Source: Paragordius varius
Taxonomy: Eukaryota > Animalia > Nematomorpha
NCBI GenBank assembly: GCA_964247055.1
Contig: OZ176057.1
Coordinates: 2,356,001-2,420,000, forward strand
Length of the DNA stretch: 64,000 bases
Direction of reading: 5' to 3'
The notes under the pieces were generated by a model that saw nothing but the letters and a program-made list of their open reading frames with translations, searched no databases and was not told where the DNA came from. Of this stretch, positions 13,461-25,235 are shown piece by piece; within the stretch, counting starts at the first letter, position 1, and every line of letters starts with the position of its first letter. Position numbers and translations under genes: made by a program.

Positions 13461-16400
13461 TTATTTCCACCATAAACGTTTCACCATCCCACTCAATAAA
13501 CCGGTCGAGGTATTGTCTGGTTCTTCTGGTGTCTTGCTATCATTGCTCTGACTAGTAGGTGGCTCTACATGCTTTTTCTTTTTGCTCATTGTGGGTGGTG
13601 AATGTTTGAGCGATTTATAATTGCCTTCCACCTCATCATCAAGCTTATCTAAGGCCGTTTCGAGACGCGCTTTAATGTGGTGGGAAGTTACATCGAAAAA
13701 GTACGGTTTATATGGTAACACAGCTTTCAACTTTAACCCAAAAACTTCAATGTTACTGGCATTAATATCATCTCCAAAGTCCGGAGTATCTGAACCTTGA
13801 GTTATAAATTGTTTGGCTTCTGTATTAAATTTATCCATCAGTAGGTTAAAATCAGAATCTATTGTTCGGCCCATTCCAGTAACATGGTGAGAATTAACAC
13901 GTTCCTTTATTGAAGCTAACAGTGTTTCACAATGTTTTTCCAACGACGGCAAAAATATGGCTAAATCCTGAAAATGCGTATACAAAAAAATGCATATTCA
14001 CATATATATAGCTTAATAAAAAATAAAAGACAAAAAATTTATTATACCATTCTTGATTCATAAGCGGTTGTAATAACTTTTTTATCGTTAACATCCGTAG
14101 CACAATTTCCAAGCTTGGCTTTCAAATCAATAACCAATTTTTGGCAATACGCATAAAGTGAATCACTATTGATACCGGAATTTGCTGTGGTGTACAAAAA
14201 TAAAAATTAATACGTAATCAAATGTAAATTTTCTAATTTAATAATCAAAATTACCTTTATTTGTATGAGATATATGATCGACAAAGCTTAAATAATCAGC
14301 CCATACTTTATATCTATGGATGTATAGAAATTAAACTATGAGAATAATTATTGTATAAAAATATTATTCAAGCTCATTACTTGATTGCGGTAAAAAATGA
14401 GATGGTACATATTGGCATTAATGTCAACCGGCTTCCTTCGACTTTGGAATCTAAAGTGATACTTTGCAAAGCCTTATCTAAGTCTTGGATGGTCTAAAAA
14501 ATATGAATATTTCGGCACAAACCAATTAATATATATCATTTACATCTCAAGAGTGTCCTTATACACTTCAAGTTGGTCCTTGAACACTCAATTTTGTCCT
14601 TGTGTACTTCTAGTTGGTCCTTAAACACTTCAAGTGGGCTATACATAAACACTTCAAGTTGGTCCTTTGGCTTTTTTGTTTAGTTTTTAACTATAATCAA
14701 TCAAATCGTATATCATTAATCTATTTTAACATTAACCTATTTTCTATTAATAAAAATTTTAAATCAATATCAAGATTTAATCATTCAGAAACTGTATATA
14801 TATATATATTTTTTTAAGAAAATTTAGATATTTGTATGATTTTAACACATAATATATATATGTACCTAAATAATTATTTATAATTTTTGATTAAACATTT
14901 TCAAAAATTAACAATTTTGTAAAATTGGAAAAAAAGATTTTTGAATAAAAATTTTTTGCGTAAATTTTTTTTTATGACTAAATATAAAATGAATAAAGGA
15001 GACTAGGTTAAATAATAATATGATAAAAAATGCAAAAATTATGGTTAAATCAAAACTTAATTTTTTTAGGAACTGAAGTGTTCAAGGACTAACCCGAAAT
15101 GTTCAAGGACCAACTTGAAGTGTCAAAGACATTCTTGAAGTGCAAATGATATATATTTTAAAATGGTACTCCCATCACTCTGGCTTTTGAAAAATAACAA
15201 TGTATCTAAACTAATTATAGGCTTTACTATTATGTTTTATTTTTTAGGTGCTCATATCTTCTCACATAACTGTTTATAAGATATATTTTAACATCAATTA
15301 ATCAATTTAATAATGTTGTTTCTTTTGGATTATGAGTTAATTATCCGTAAAATAGTAATATAATTAAAAAAATAATCACAAGTATGCATACCTGAATAAT
15401 TAAATTGCAGTTGCGTGTAAGGTGAGGAAGGTATGAACCAAAAAATTTGTAAACCATTTTTGCCATAGTTTTAGGGGTGATTGCATCATTGGTAGGGTAA
15501 GAGTCCTCATTATTAAATTGTTTCTGTGAAAACATATTCCAAGCAATTAGGTATTCACGTTCCCAAATAATGATTATAAATCGATAAATACGTCGAAACA
15601 TAAGGTATCTCAATTGCAAACAGTGTAACAGTTGAAACAAAATCTACATCAGATAAATGATATACCAAATAGGATTGGGAATATACTTAATAAAATTGAT
15701 GCCATATTTATATATATATATATATATATATATTACTTTAATGTTTGGGTTAGTATCCTCAAAATTAAATCGCATTTTCATTGTCTTATTCGGATTATTA
15801 GAACTTCGTTTTAATCCAATTTGATTAGCAATCGACGTTTGAGCCAAACTTATTTGCTTTAAAGTTTCATCAAACAACTGAAGTGTCGATTGAATATGAA
15901 TCGTTTGAGCTACGTTAAAGCGTTTAAATCGACGTCTATTATTATGATTATTTCTATTACTATTCTTAGTTTTCGTGGAAGGTGCACTAACAATGTTGTC
16001 TGAATCAGATACCTGATTAGTATCTATAGCAGTTAAACCTTAAAAAAATTAAAAACATTTAGACTTTTAAGTACAAGAAAAAAACACTAAAAATGTGGTA
16101 TTTTATCGTGATAAAGTGTTTTAATCTTTCTACTAATATACTAAACATTAAATATTAAAAGGATTGATTCATTTGTTTAAAAGTATAAAAACCGTAAGAA
16201 TTTATAAGATATGTATAACAAAAAAATAAAATCATACTTTCTGATGTTTGCAACGATCCATCATCAAACTGATTTTTTAGTGTCTAATTAGATATATTAC
16301 ATGTAAAAATACATACTAATAAACACACCAATTTATATAAATTTTTGATATCAACATATAAAACATATTTTAATTTTTAAATTGAAAAAAGCTAAAAGCT

Positions 16401-19400
16401 ACTAAGATTCGTTGAAATTTAATCAATTTGAAAGATAATTAATTTAACCCAACCAAAAATATTTCATGAAAAATATTTTTCCTTTAAAAGCAACAATATT
16501 GTATCATTAATGACAGAAGTTTTTATGCGAACAGAATAAATTTTGGTTCGATGTATCAGCAAATGACAATATATATGTTGTAATTTTTACTTAACCGATA
16601 AAATTGGTCATAAGAAATATTCCAGTGTCGACTTCCAATTAATAAATTGGAAGGATAGTATCTAGACTTTTTGCTTTAAAAAACTCGATTATAAATAATT
16701 TGTGCTAAGTATTAAATCGGATTATACATGAGTATTGTTTTATAGCGATTAATCTTATCGCAATGTCAAATTTAAACATTCTTTATAATCAAAATCGTAT
16801 TATTTTCCTTAAATCATCACATTCTTAAAAAAATATATCTAAGGTGAACGGACTAAAATATTTTGAATAAATAAATTTAACCGAATTTTCATAGTGCTTT
16901 TGAAGTTGCGCTTTACGATTCATGTAAGAAAATATTTTTACTTTAGTGGTAATTGCTCTATATCAAAAAATCGAAAAACTAGCGTATTCTCTTTATCCCA
17001 AAAATATAACTGAATTGATAAAATGATTTTATCATATTATGAATAACATTTATACCGTTTCCATTATAATTAAAACCCCACCAAAAATCAAATTTATTAA
17101 CAAAGTTTGCTTTATAATTTTTCTATCAGAATATAATATTTCTCCAATTTTTCATCCCTCCCCCTAACTTGATAGTCTTTTTTAACCATAAATATATTTG
17201 GGAATTTAAACTAAATAGAGCGAAAATATACTACCAAAAATATTTTGTGTTCAAGAGTGGGTAGACAATTGTCAGCAAAAAGTTTACTGATCGCATTATG
17301 CGCGACTTCACAATGAATCCAATCATTTTTATTATCATTATTTATTTTATTATCCACTCTTTTTGAAATATCAAGGTCGCTCTCCCCTTTATAATGGTTA
17401 AGAAGAAGGAAATAGCGATCACAAATTTCACTTATATTTATAACACGGTTTTGTCTAATCATTTCACACCATTGATTTTCGGTTGAAGTCTATGAATAAA
17501 AAAAATCACTAATATTAAAATAAAGTTTTCCAACTGGAAAATTATTTAAATTTTTTACATGAATTTATAGTTTTTGATCCATGTATACATATGTAATATA
17601 AATTTTTGATAAAAGGTATAAATGATGGTGAAGTATTGTAAATTTAAACAAAAACCTTGACATATGTTTCGAAATCGGTAGTTAACCATTCCTTTGGGTT
17701 TGATTTATTCTCTGAATTGCCAGCCATTTCTGATAACTAGCGAAATAAAAAACATTTTAAACTAACTACATCAAAAATATAAATTTCATTGCCTATATGA
17801 AAAAAAATTTGAAAATCGATCGTTATTTTTATTTCTAGGCCCAACCTTTTCCACATTGTACCAAGCATAATTGGCAACTGTATTAATTTCCTCAATTCGA
17901 CTTTGATAAATGGAGTTTATAGAGGCAGTGTATTCAGTTGATGCGTATTTTGTTAAACAGGCCAACATACTTTCATACACAAAACTATATATAAATTTAT
18001 AAAAAAAATAGTATAAAAATAATTGTTTTAATCACCCTAGGAAAAATGGTTAATATCTTACAATTTATATGCTAGTTTATAAAGACATAATAAAAAAACA
18101 TATATTTTTTGGATAAAAATTAAAATTATTGCAAAATGAAAATTACTTGGCCTGTTTCATATGAGAGTAACATTTTGACCAATTTTTACCTCGGAAAAAT
18201 AAGTGCATACCATGTACCCATTTAAAATAAGCCTAAATGATAAAAAAAAATAAAAAATATTTAAAACCAAATGATAAATATAATTAAAAAAATAAACTTA
18301 CTAAACACTCCAATACACTTTGTGTATCGTATGGAGGCAATGTTTCACAATCTTCAGTTTCAACTAAATTATAAAATAAATCAAATATTTTATGCATACA
18401 ACTAATTGAAAATTATTCTAGAATATTGTTATTTAAAACTTAGATATTAATTTAACTATAGAATTTCGAAAAAATATTCTTTGTATTACGGATTAGGCTG
18501 AATCAGTATGTTTTAGAATGAATTTTCGTTAGATTCCTCTAACTTCTTCGGATTAACATAAAAATAAAATTAAAGAAGATAGAGGAATCTAACGAAAATT
18601 TATTAATAAATTTATTATTAATTTGCTGATATTACATCATATCATTCTAACAATTAATTTAACTGTTTCAACCGATCTAATTGTTGTCTTAAATGATTAT
18701 TTTTATTTAAAAATAATAAAAAAAATATCACATATCAATCGGAATTAGAACCAATTTTTAACTAATAAATATAAAATCTAATCAAATCAATGTAAGTAAA
18801 ATCTTACGACTAATTTGGTTAGCTTTTTCCACTAAATCTGAGAGTTGTTTAGCGTAATGCACAAATTTTTTGAGGCGACCATGCATTCGAAAACGCTTCC
18901 TCGGTTCCGTATTGCTTTCTTTCCTTAATTCTTGGGCATAAGCCCACGCGCGCTCACTTTGAAGCAATAAATACCAAACATACCTACCATTTATTTTACA
19001 TATATATATACCATTTACACTAAAAATTTACCCTTAAAATTAACTCATATGTGTTTTCGGGCAAATCTAACTTATTATTAATAATATGAAATATATGTTT
19101 ATGACATATTTTATCATTTTTTGCTGTATTAGGAAAATTAAAACAAGGTTTCAATTTTTTGAAATATTATATATAGGTACTTCGGATTATTAGGTTTATG
19201 ATAATTTTGAAATGTACGGTGAATTAGAAGTGCAAAAAAAATATTTCATATTCAATTTTTTATATAAATAACGCCTCTAAACTAATGAGCTTATACTGAC
19301 CATTTTGCACCTTTCGGATTTTAAATATGGCCCTAATTTTCAAATCTTTCTTCATAGTTTTAAAATTTGCCACAAAATTGCTAGTTTGTTGGTTTCTTAA

Positions 19401-19810
19401 ATAGAAAAAGGACATGATAGTCAAACGCTTTTGTTTAGTGAGGCCGAACTAAACATTATAGAAAGTGTTTATTTTAATGTTAAACTTAAAAAAATTTTTT
19501 TTTAATCTATAAAACCTAATATCTTTGGATACATCCTCAGGTGTAATAACAACTTTAGTGGTCACTTTTGATTTATTCCCAGTAGGCTTGCCCTTAAACA
19601 AAGAAATTTTTAGTAATTTTCTCATTCGCTGAATTTTGCGTGAACAAAAATGTCGATAACTCGTATAATCCCCATATCGTATTCCGTGTCTTTGATGCCA
19701 ACCATTTATTATGGGTATAACTGGAGATAAAATTTAAACACTATACCATGCAATTGAAAACTGTCTACCGAGGTTTTTTGAGGCGCAGCGTGTAAATTTT
19801 TATCCATCAT
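13461..19810 (-). CDS. SRP68: Signal recognition particle subunit SRP68, about 827 aa, 15 exons: 19810-19747, 19720-19516, 18983-18808, 18363-18302, 18232-18147, 17984-17846, 17736-17656, 17489-17235, 16283-16238, 16038-15737, 15643-15392, 14493-14381, 14313-14255, 14184-14048, 13967-13461
   Basis: Motifs HGIRYGDYTSYRHFCSRK, QSERAWAYAQELRKESNTEPRKRF, YQSRIEEINTVANYAWYN and C-terminal KPYFFDV...GLLSGMVKRLWWK match recalled SRP68. All exon junctions are GT-AG and phase-consistent. The middle exons (16283-15392) are less certain. Confidence 0.92.
14534..15151. mobile_element. MITE family C, related to family A, in an SRP68 intron; second copy at ~3900-4076
   Basis: TIR TATCATTTRCA(C)TTCAAGA ... 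TCTTGAAGTGCAAATGATA with subterminal repeats AACACTTCAAGTTGGTCCTTG; flanked by TA. Confidence 0.8.
18521..18600. repeat. Short inverted repeat (20-bp arms) in an SRP68 intron
   Basis: AATTTTCGTTAGATTCCTCT ... AGAGGAATCTAACGAAAATT. Confidence 0.7.
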
Positions 19811-19876
19811 CTGCACTAATGAATGTTATACGATAAGGGCATGTGAATCTATTTTTAAAATTGAATACAAAAATTT
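19811..19876. promoter_or_regulatory. Putative bidirectional promoter between the SRP68 and ELP4 start codons (66 bp)
   Basis: Divergent ATGs at 19810 (-) and 19877 (+). Transcription start sites are not known. Confidence 0.6.
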
Positions 19877-22800
19877 ATGAATAAAGTTTTATTGGCTAAA
19901 GTAACTAAACCCTTAAGTACTGGTCTTGCTTCTCTAGATGGTTTAATAGGTATATTTTATATTTATTTTAGGTGGTTGTTATACTGGAAATTTGTTTTTG
20001 ATTGGTATTAATATTTTGTTAATTCATTATTATATGAATAGAGGAAGATAATATTTTAACAACATATTCTTATGCATTCATTGCATATTATAGTGCGCAA
20101 GCATTGATGGAAAATTCCACATTTATATGCGTATGTGCCAATAAAGCAAAATATCAACATTTGATACAAGTTTTTTTTCTTAATTTCAGATTGAAGTTAA
20201 AGAGATACATTTATTTGTCATGTAAATTTTGTAAAAAACGAATTTTATATATAATCAATACGACTATATAGAGAGGGTCCTTTGACCCTTTATTTAAGGG
20301 TTATAATATAAAAAATATAAAATATGGTCAATTTTTTTGTAAATTACTTTTTCTTATATAAAAATTATTAAAAATATAAAATACGCTTAAATTTTTAGTC
20401 TATATTTAAATATATCAATTTTCTCCATTTGTCATTTTTTCTAAAACCATAGCTTCCAAAAAAAGAATTAACAAATATGTGGTTTAATGATGGTAGAATC
20501 GTCGTAAAATTACGCAAAAATAAAATATAATTTATTAATTCTCAAATTTTCGCCATAGGCATCATCAGGAGATTATTTAAGAAAAATATATAAAATATAA
20601 GATAATAAAAATTAAATTAAAGAAATGAACAAATTCATGGTTGTTTTACTTATATAGGAAAAAATCACAAAAGAACCGTTAGTGGACAAAATAAAGAAAA
20701 ATCCATTTTTTTAATTTAATTTTTATTATCTTATATATTTTTCTTAACTTATCTCCTGATGATGCCTATGGCGAAAATTTGAGAATTATTATATTTTATT
20801 TTTGCGTTAATTTACGACGATTCTAACACAATTTACGTTACAAACCCTCGTCGTTACCCACTCAATTAAATATGTGGTTTCTTTTTATGTGATTTTTATA
20901 TTAAATATCTATATTGTTATAAATTTACTGTAACTTATCTTTTTAAACTTAACGCTATAATTTAATCTATTCAAAACGTGTGTCAATTATATGCTTAATA
21001 ATTTTCCTTAGAATATACCCAAAAATATTGATTCGAAAAATTTAATTGATGATTCCAATAAAACCGAATATCCTAATAAGACTGTGGAGGAAAAATTAGA
21101 TATTGCATGGCGGTATTCGAAACTAAAGGTTCGTTTTGTAACAAAAATATTTTTTTTGAAAAAAAATTAATCAAAAAGTTTTGTAAATTTTTTTAATACT
21201 TTTTTTTGTATTTTTTTCGCTTTGATTTTGCTCTTTATTAAGGGAATCATAATTGATTTTATTGTTAAATATGTTTTTAGTTATTCCGTTTCAAAAATGA
21301 ATTATTATTATTTTAAAATGATATATAGCAAAAATATAAAATGAAATATCATTTACAATTCAAAATCACCCTTAAACAATTTAAATTTACCCTCGAACAA
21401 TTCATATTTACCCTAAAAATATATTATGTGTTTTTAATCTAAGATAACTCATGATTAATATGAAATATTTTACGACGTTTTAACATTATATTAATATCAA
21501 ACACAATTTTATATTTAATAAATATTAAAAAATAGTAATTTTTAATCTAAACACATAATTCATTTTAGGGCGAATTTGAATTGCTCAAGGGTGAATTTGT
21601 ATTGAAGGGTAAAATTGAACTGTAAATGGTATATATATATATATAATAAATAATTATTTTATTTCATATTAATTTTTTTTTCATTATTTTTACATTTAGC
21701 CCAATCGAGAATTGTGTGAATTTGCTTATGGAAAAGATATAAGAATAAAACCTTCACAATATAATTTACAAGAAAAATGGTTTTCCTTACAAGATAATAA
21801 CTCAAAAAATTATATCGATGAAAACATAAAATCAATCATACATAATAAGTATAATACATAATTTCTATTAAAAAATTATTTTTAATTAAAATATAAAAGA
21901 AAAATCACTATTTTTGCCTATATTTTTTAAATATTTTTTACGATGAATAATAAAATTCATTATATTAATTGTGACAATTATATTTTTAACGACACACAAA
22001 ATTTATTGGTTTTAAAATAAATCAAGAGTTTAATATTGGTTTAAAAGATTTATGTACATTAAGAATTATTTTTTACTCTATTAGTGATCCCAACATTATA
22101 AGGCAATTGAAAACAAAAATTATTTCAATCATAAACGATTCTTCTGTAAAATCCGAACATCAAAAAAGTGCGACAAATTTGACAAAAACCTTAGCTGATC
22201 ATGCAAAAACCCCTATTAGAATCGTCGTGGATTTAAGTTTTATATTGGCAAATTATTACATTTTTTTTACAATAATTTAAATTAAAGCAAGGCTATATAT
22301 ACCATTTACAATTCAATTTCACCCTCGAATAATTCAAATTCACCCTCAAATATAATATAAGTTTTTTAAGATTACCCATATTTTATATATTTTTAAAAGA
22401 TAGAAATTATGTTTTAAATTAAAATAATATTAAAAAAATAATAAACTATACCATAAACATATATTTCATATTAATAATTAGTTATATTAGTTCGAAAACA
22501 TATAATTTATTTTTAGGGTGAATTTGAATTGTTCAAAGGTGAATTTGAATTGTTCAAGGGTGAATTTGAATTGTTCAAAGGTAAATTTGAATTGTTCAAG
22601 GGTGAATTTGAACTGTAAATAAATATAAAAATATGAAAAAATATGGCTTACCGCTTGTATCAAACCTTTTAATATTAATGTAAAATAACTTAAATAATTT
22701 TTTTGATTGCGAAAAAATAGTCGAAAATTGTTTTAATTAACTATTTTTTATATAAAATATGATTGAAGTTGGTTTTATAAGGTAATCAACACCGCAGTAC

Positions 22801-25235
22801 TTATATAAATATAAGAAGTTTAAATCGTTGATAAAATTTAGTTTTATTATGACTGAAAGATATTGGTTTTAGTTTTAAATAAAAAAAATTTTTCTGAGGT
22901 TCTTATCTGAAGCCGCGACCTTTTTGTTATATATATATATAATATATATATAATATATATATATTAAACAAAAACTAAAATTAAAAATCATTGAATGCAC
23001 ACAAATATACGTTGTAACATATACAAATCCTACCCAATAAAGCCAAAAATAATACTTATTTTTTAACATTCTACATTTAATAAATAAAAACTTTTTTTTC
23101 AGTTTAATTTTCATGAAGTATGTATTACTATTGCATTTATAATTCAGCTATAATTATATGGATTTATTGTGAATTTTCGATAACTACTAGTAATCTTTGT
23201 CAAACGTAAAAAATAAAAGTAAATTATAAACTGGAATTTACTTAATACTTTAAATTTTAATTTATATGTTAATTTAACTTTTTAAGTTTGACAAAGATTA
23301 CTAGAATTAATCTTTGTTAATAATTAACAATAAATTCAATAATTTTAGCTGAATTATAATTGCAATTTTATATTTTTGCCAGTATGTTTAATTGAATTTT
23401 TATCTTTGTTTGATTTTTTAGGCCAAACGCTTAGTGAAAACAGTGTAACTTCGATTACTAGTGATATACGATTAGAAATTGTGCGACAAATCAAATCATT
23501 ATGTCGTGATATGGCTGATAAAAATTATTTTATCCATGCACTTGTATGTTTACCGTTTCCTTCGAACGTATAAAAGATTTGATTTTTTATTTTTAAATTC
23601 ACCCTTGAACGATTCAAATTCATCCTTAAACAATTTAAATTGCCCCTTAAACAATTCAAATTCACCACTCTAAAAATAAATTAGGTGTGTTTAAGATTAA
23701 AAAATTTCGTTTATTTTATAAAATTTTTAAGGTATAAAATCTGTTTATAATGTAATGCTGAAAAATAAACTATGTCGTAAAAATATATATTTCATATTAA
23801 TGATGAGTTATATTATCCCGAAAACACATATAATTAATTTTTAGGGTAAATTTGAATTGCTCAAGGGTAAATTTGAATTGTTCAATGGTAAATTTAAATT
23901 GTTCAAGGGTGAATTTGAATCGTTCAAGGTTATGGTATACTTTTTAATTAATTGGATAACCTAAAGTTAAAACCTCTTATGATAATTTCATTGCTAAATG
24001 CTATTTTTTGTTTTTTTTCCTCTCTAGGAAAAAATCGAAAATTCAGAAATCCTTACCATACAAAGAATTAAAAATATTTGTGATACTGTATTAAAAATCA
24101 AAACGATAAACTTAATGACCAACAAAAACAACTTACACATACAAAATAGTTTAGATATTGATGGTAAAAAAATTTTTATAAGCTATTTTTGCGCAGGTAA
24201 GGTTGATTAAAGTTTACGAATGTTCATTTTTATAAAGTTTTTTGGTTCTAATAAGTATTATGCATATATATACCATTACAATTTAAATTCACTCTCGAAT
24301 ATTCAAATTTACCCTAAAAATAAATTATGTGTTTTCTGGATAATATAATTCATCATCAATATGAAATATATTTTTACGACATAGTTTAGCATTGTATTAA
24401 TTTTAACTATATTTTAAAAATATTAAATAAAAGTAATTCTTAATCTTAAAAAACACAGAATTTATTTTAGGGTGAATTTGAATTGTTTGAGGGTGAATTT
24501 AACTGTAAATGCTATATATATATATATATATATTACTAGGATATATCGATGTAGTCAAAATAGGTGATTCCTACAATCTACCATACAAATTTGGTCCTCC
24601 GGTTTATGATTTAGGGTTTAAGCTCAAGAAAACTCAGTTAATTATCATGGTAATTACGGTCTAAAAATTAAAATTATATCAGAAAAAACGTCTAAACTGA
24701 AAAACAAATATATTATTTACTTAGACAACCATATTTATTCAAACCTTTATTGTTAATTAAAAGTAGAATATATAATCGAGTCTCTACCCAAATTAACTTG
24801 ATTTTTTTTGTTTTAACAAAAAATAAATGTTCATAAAAGTATGGTTAAAAATATTTGCCTTTTAGGTTTTTACATTTTGTCATTTTTATTTTAATTTTTA
24901 CTATCCATTTTATATTAAACAATTAGGTTAGCAATATATTTGTGGTTTTTTGGAGTAAATTGGAATTATAAATTATTAACCTAAAAATTATTTAGAAAAC
25001 TATTTTTTGTATACTTTATTTGGTTTGTAAAAAAGGACAAAATTTTTGATTCTCGCATATATTTATACTTTCTTGTTTTGAGTTTTAGTGAACATATTTT
25101 CTAACATAACTTATTTATTAGAAAATATCACTTCCACCCGAAAATGAAGAACAGAATTCTGAAAATAGCTCTAACGATTTATATTCTTCAGTTTTACCCA
25201 AAACTCAAAACTTAACCTGTTCACCCAATTTTTAA
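19877..25235 (+). CDS. ELP4: Elongator complex subunit 4, about 385 aa, 10 exons: 19877-19949, 19972-20004, 20042-20169, 21012-21128, 21700-21848, 22085-22236, 23422-23567, 24028-24163, 24540-24649, 25122-25235
   Basis: LSTGLASLDGLIGG...LFLIEEDN, KLDIAWRY, CDTVLKI, GYIDVVKI...DLGFKLKK and KISLPP match the recalled ELP4 motifs (STGLPALDQLLGG, LLIEED, MKIAWRY, DLAFKLKR, LHLPP). Phases are consistent throughout. Confidence 0.9.
20494..20825. mobile_element. Hairpin MITE-like element with ~130-bp inverted arms in ELP4 intron 3
   Basis: TAGAATCGTCGTAAAATTACGC...GCCATAGGCATCATCAGGAGA is mirrored by TCTCCTGATGATGCCTATGGC...GCGTTAATTTACGACGATTCTA. Confidence 0.75.
21347..24514. mobile_element. Four family A MITEs in ELP4 introns: ~21347-21631, 22300-22620, 23590-23938, 24271-24514
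   Basis: Same TIR, 21-bp repeats and core (taaaaataaattatgtg...taatataactc...ttatggcat) as the copy at 62661-63056. Confidence 0.85.

Noticed and set aside
20170-20189. Apparent 20-nt intron in ELP4
   Set aside because: ELP4 homology (LIQ|NIPK, compare ILQ|ELPA) is better explained by splicing from 20169 directly to 21012.
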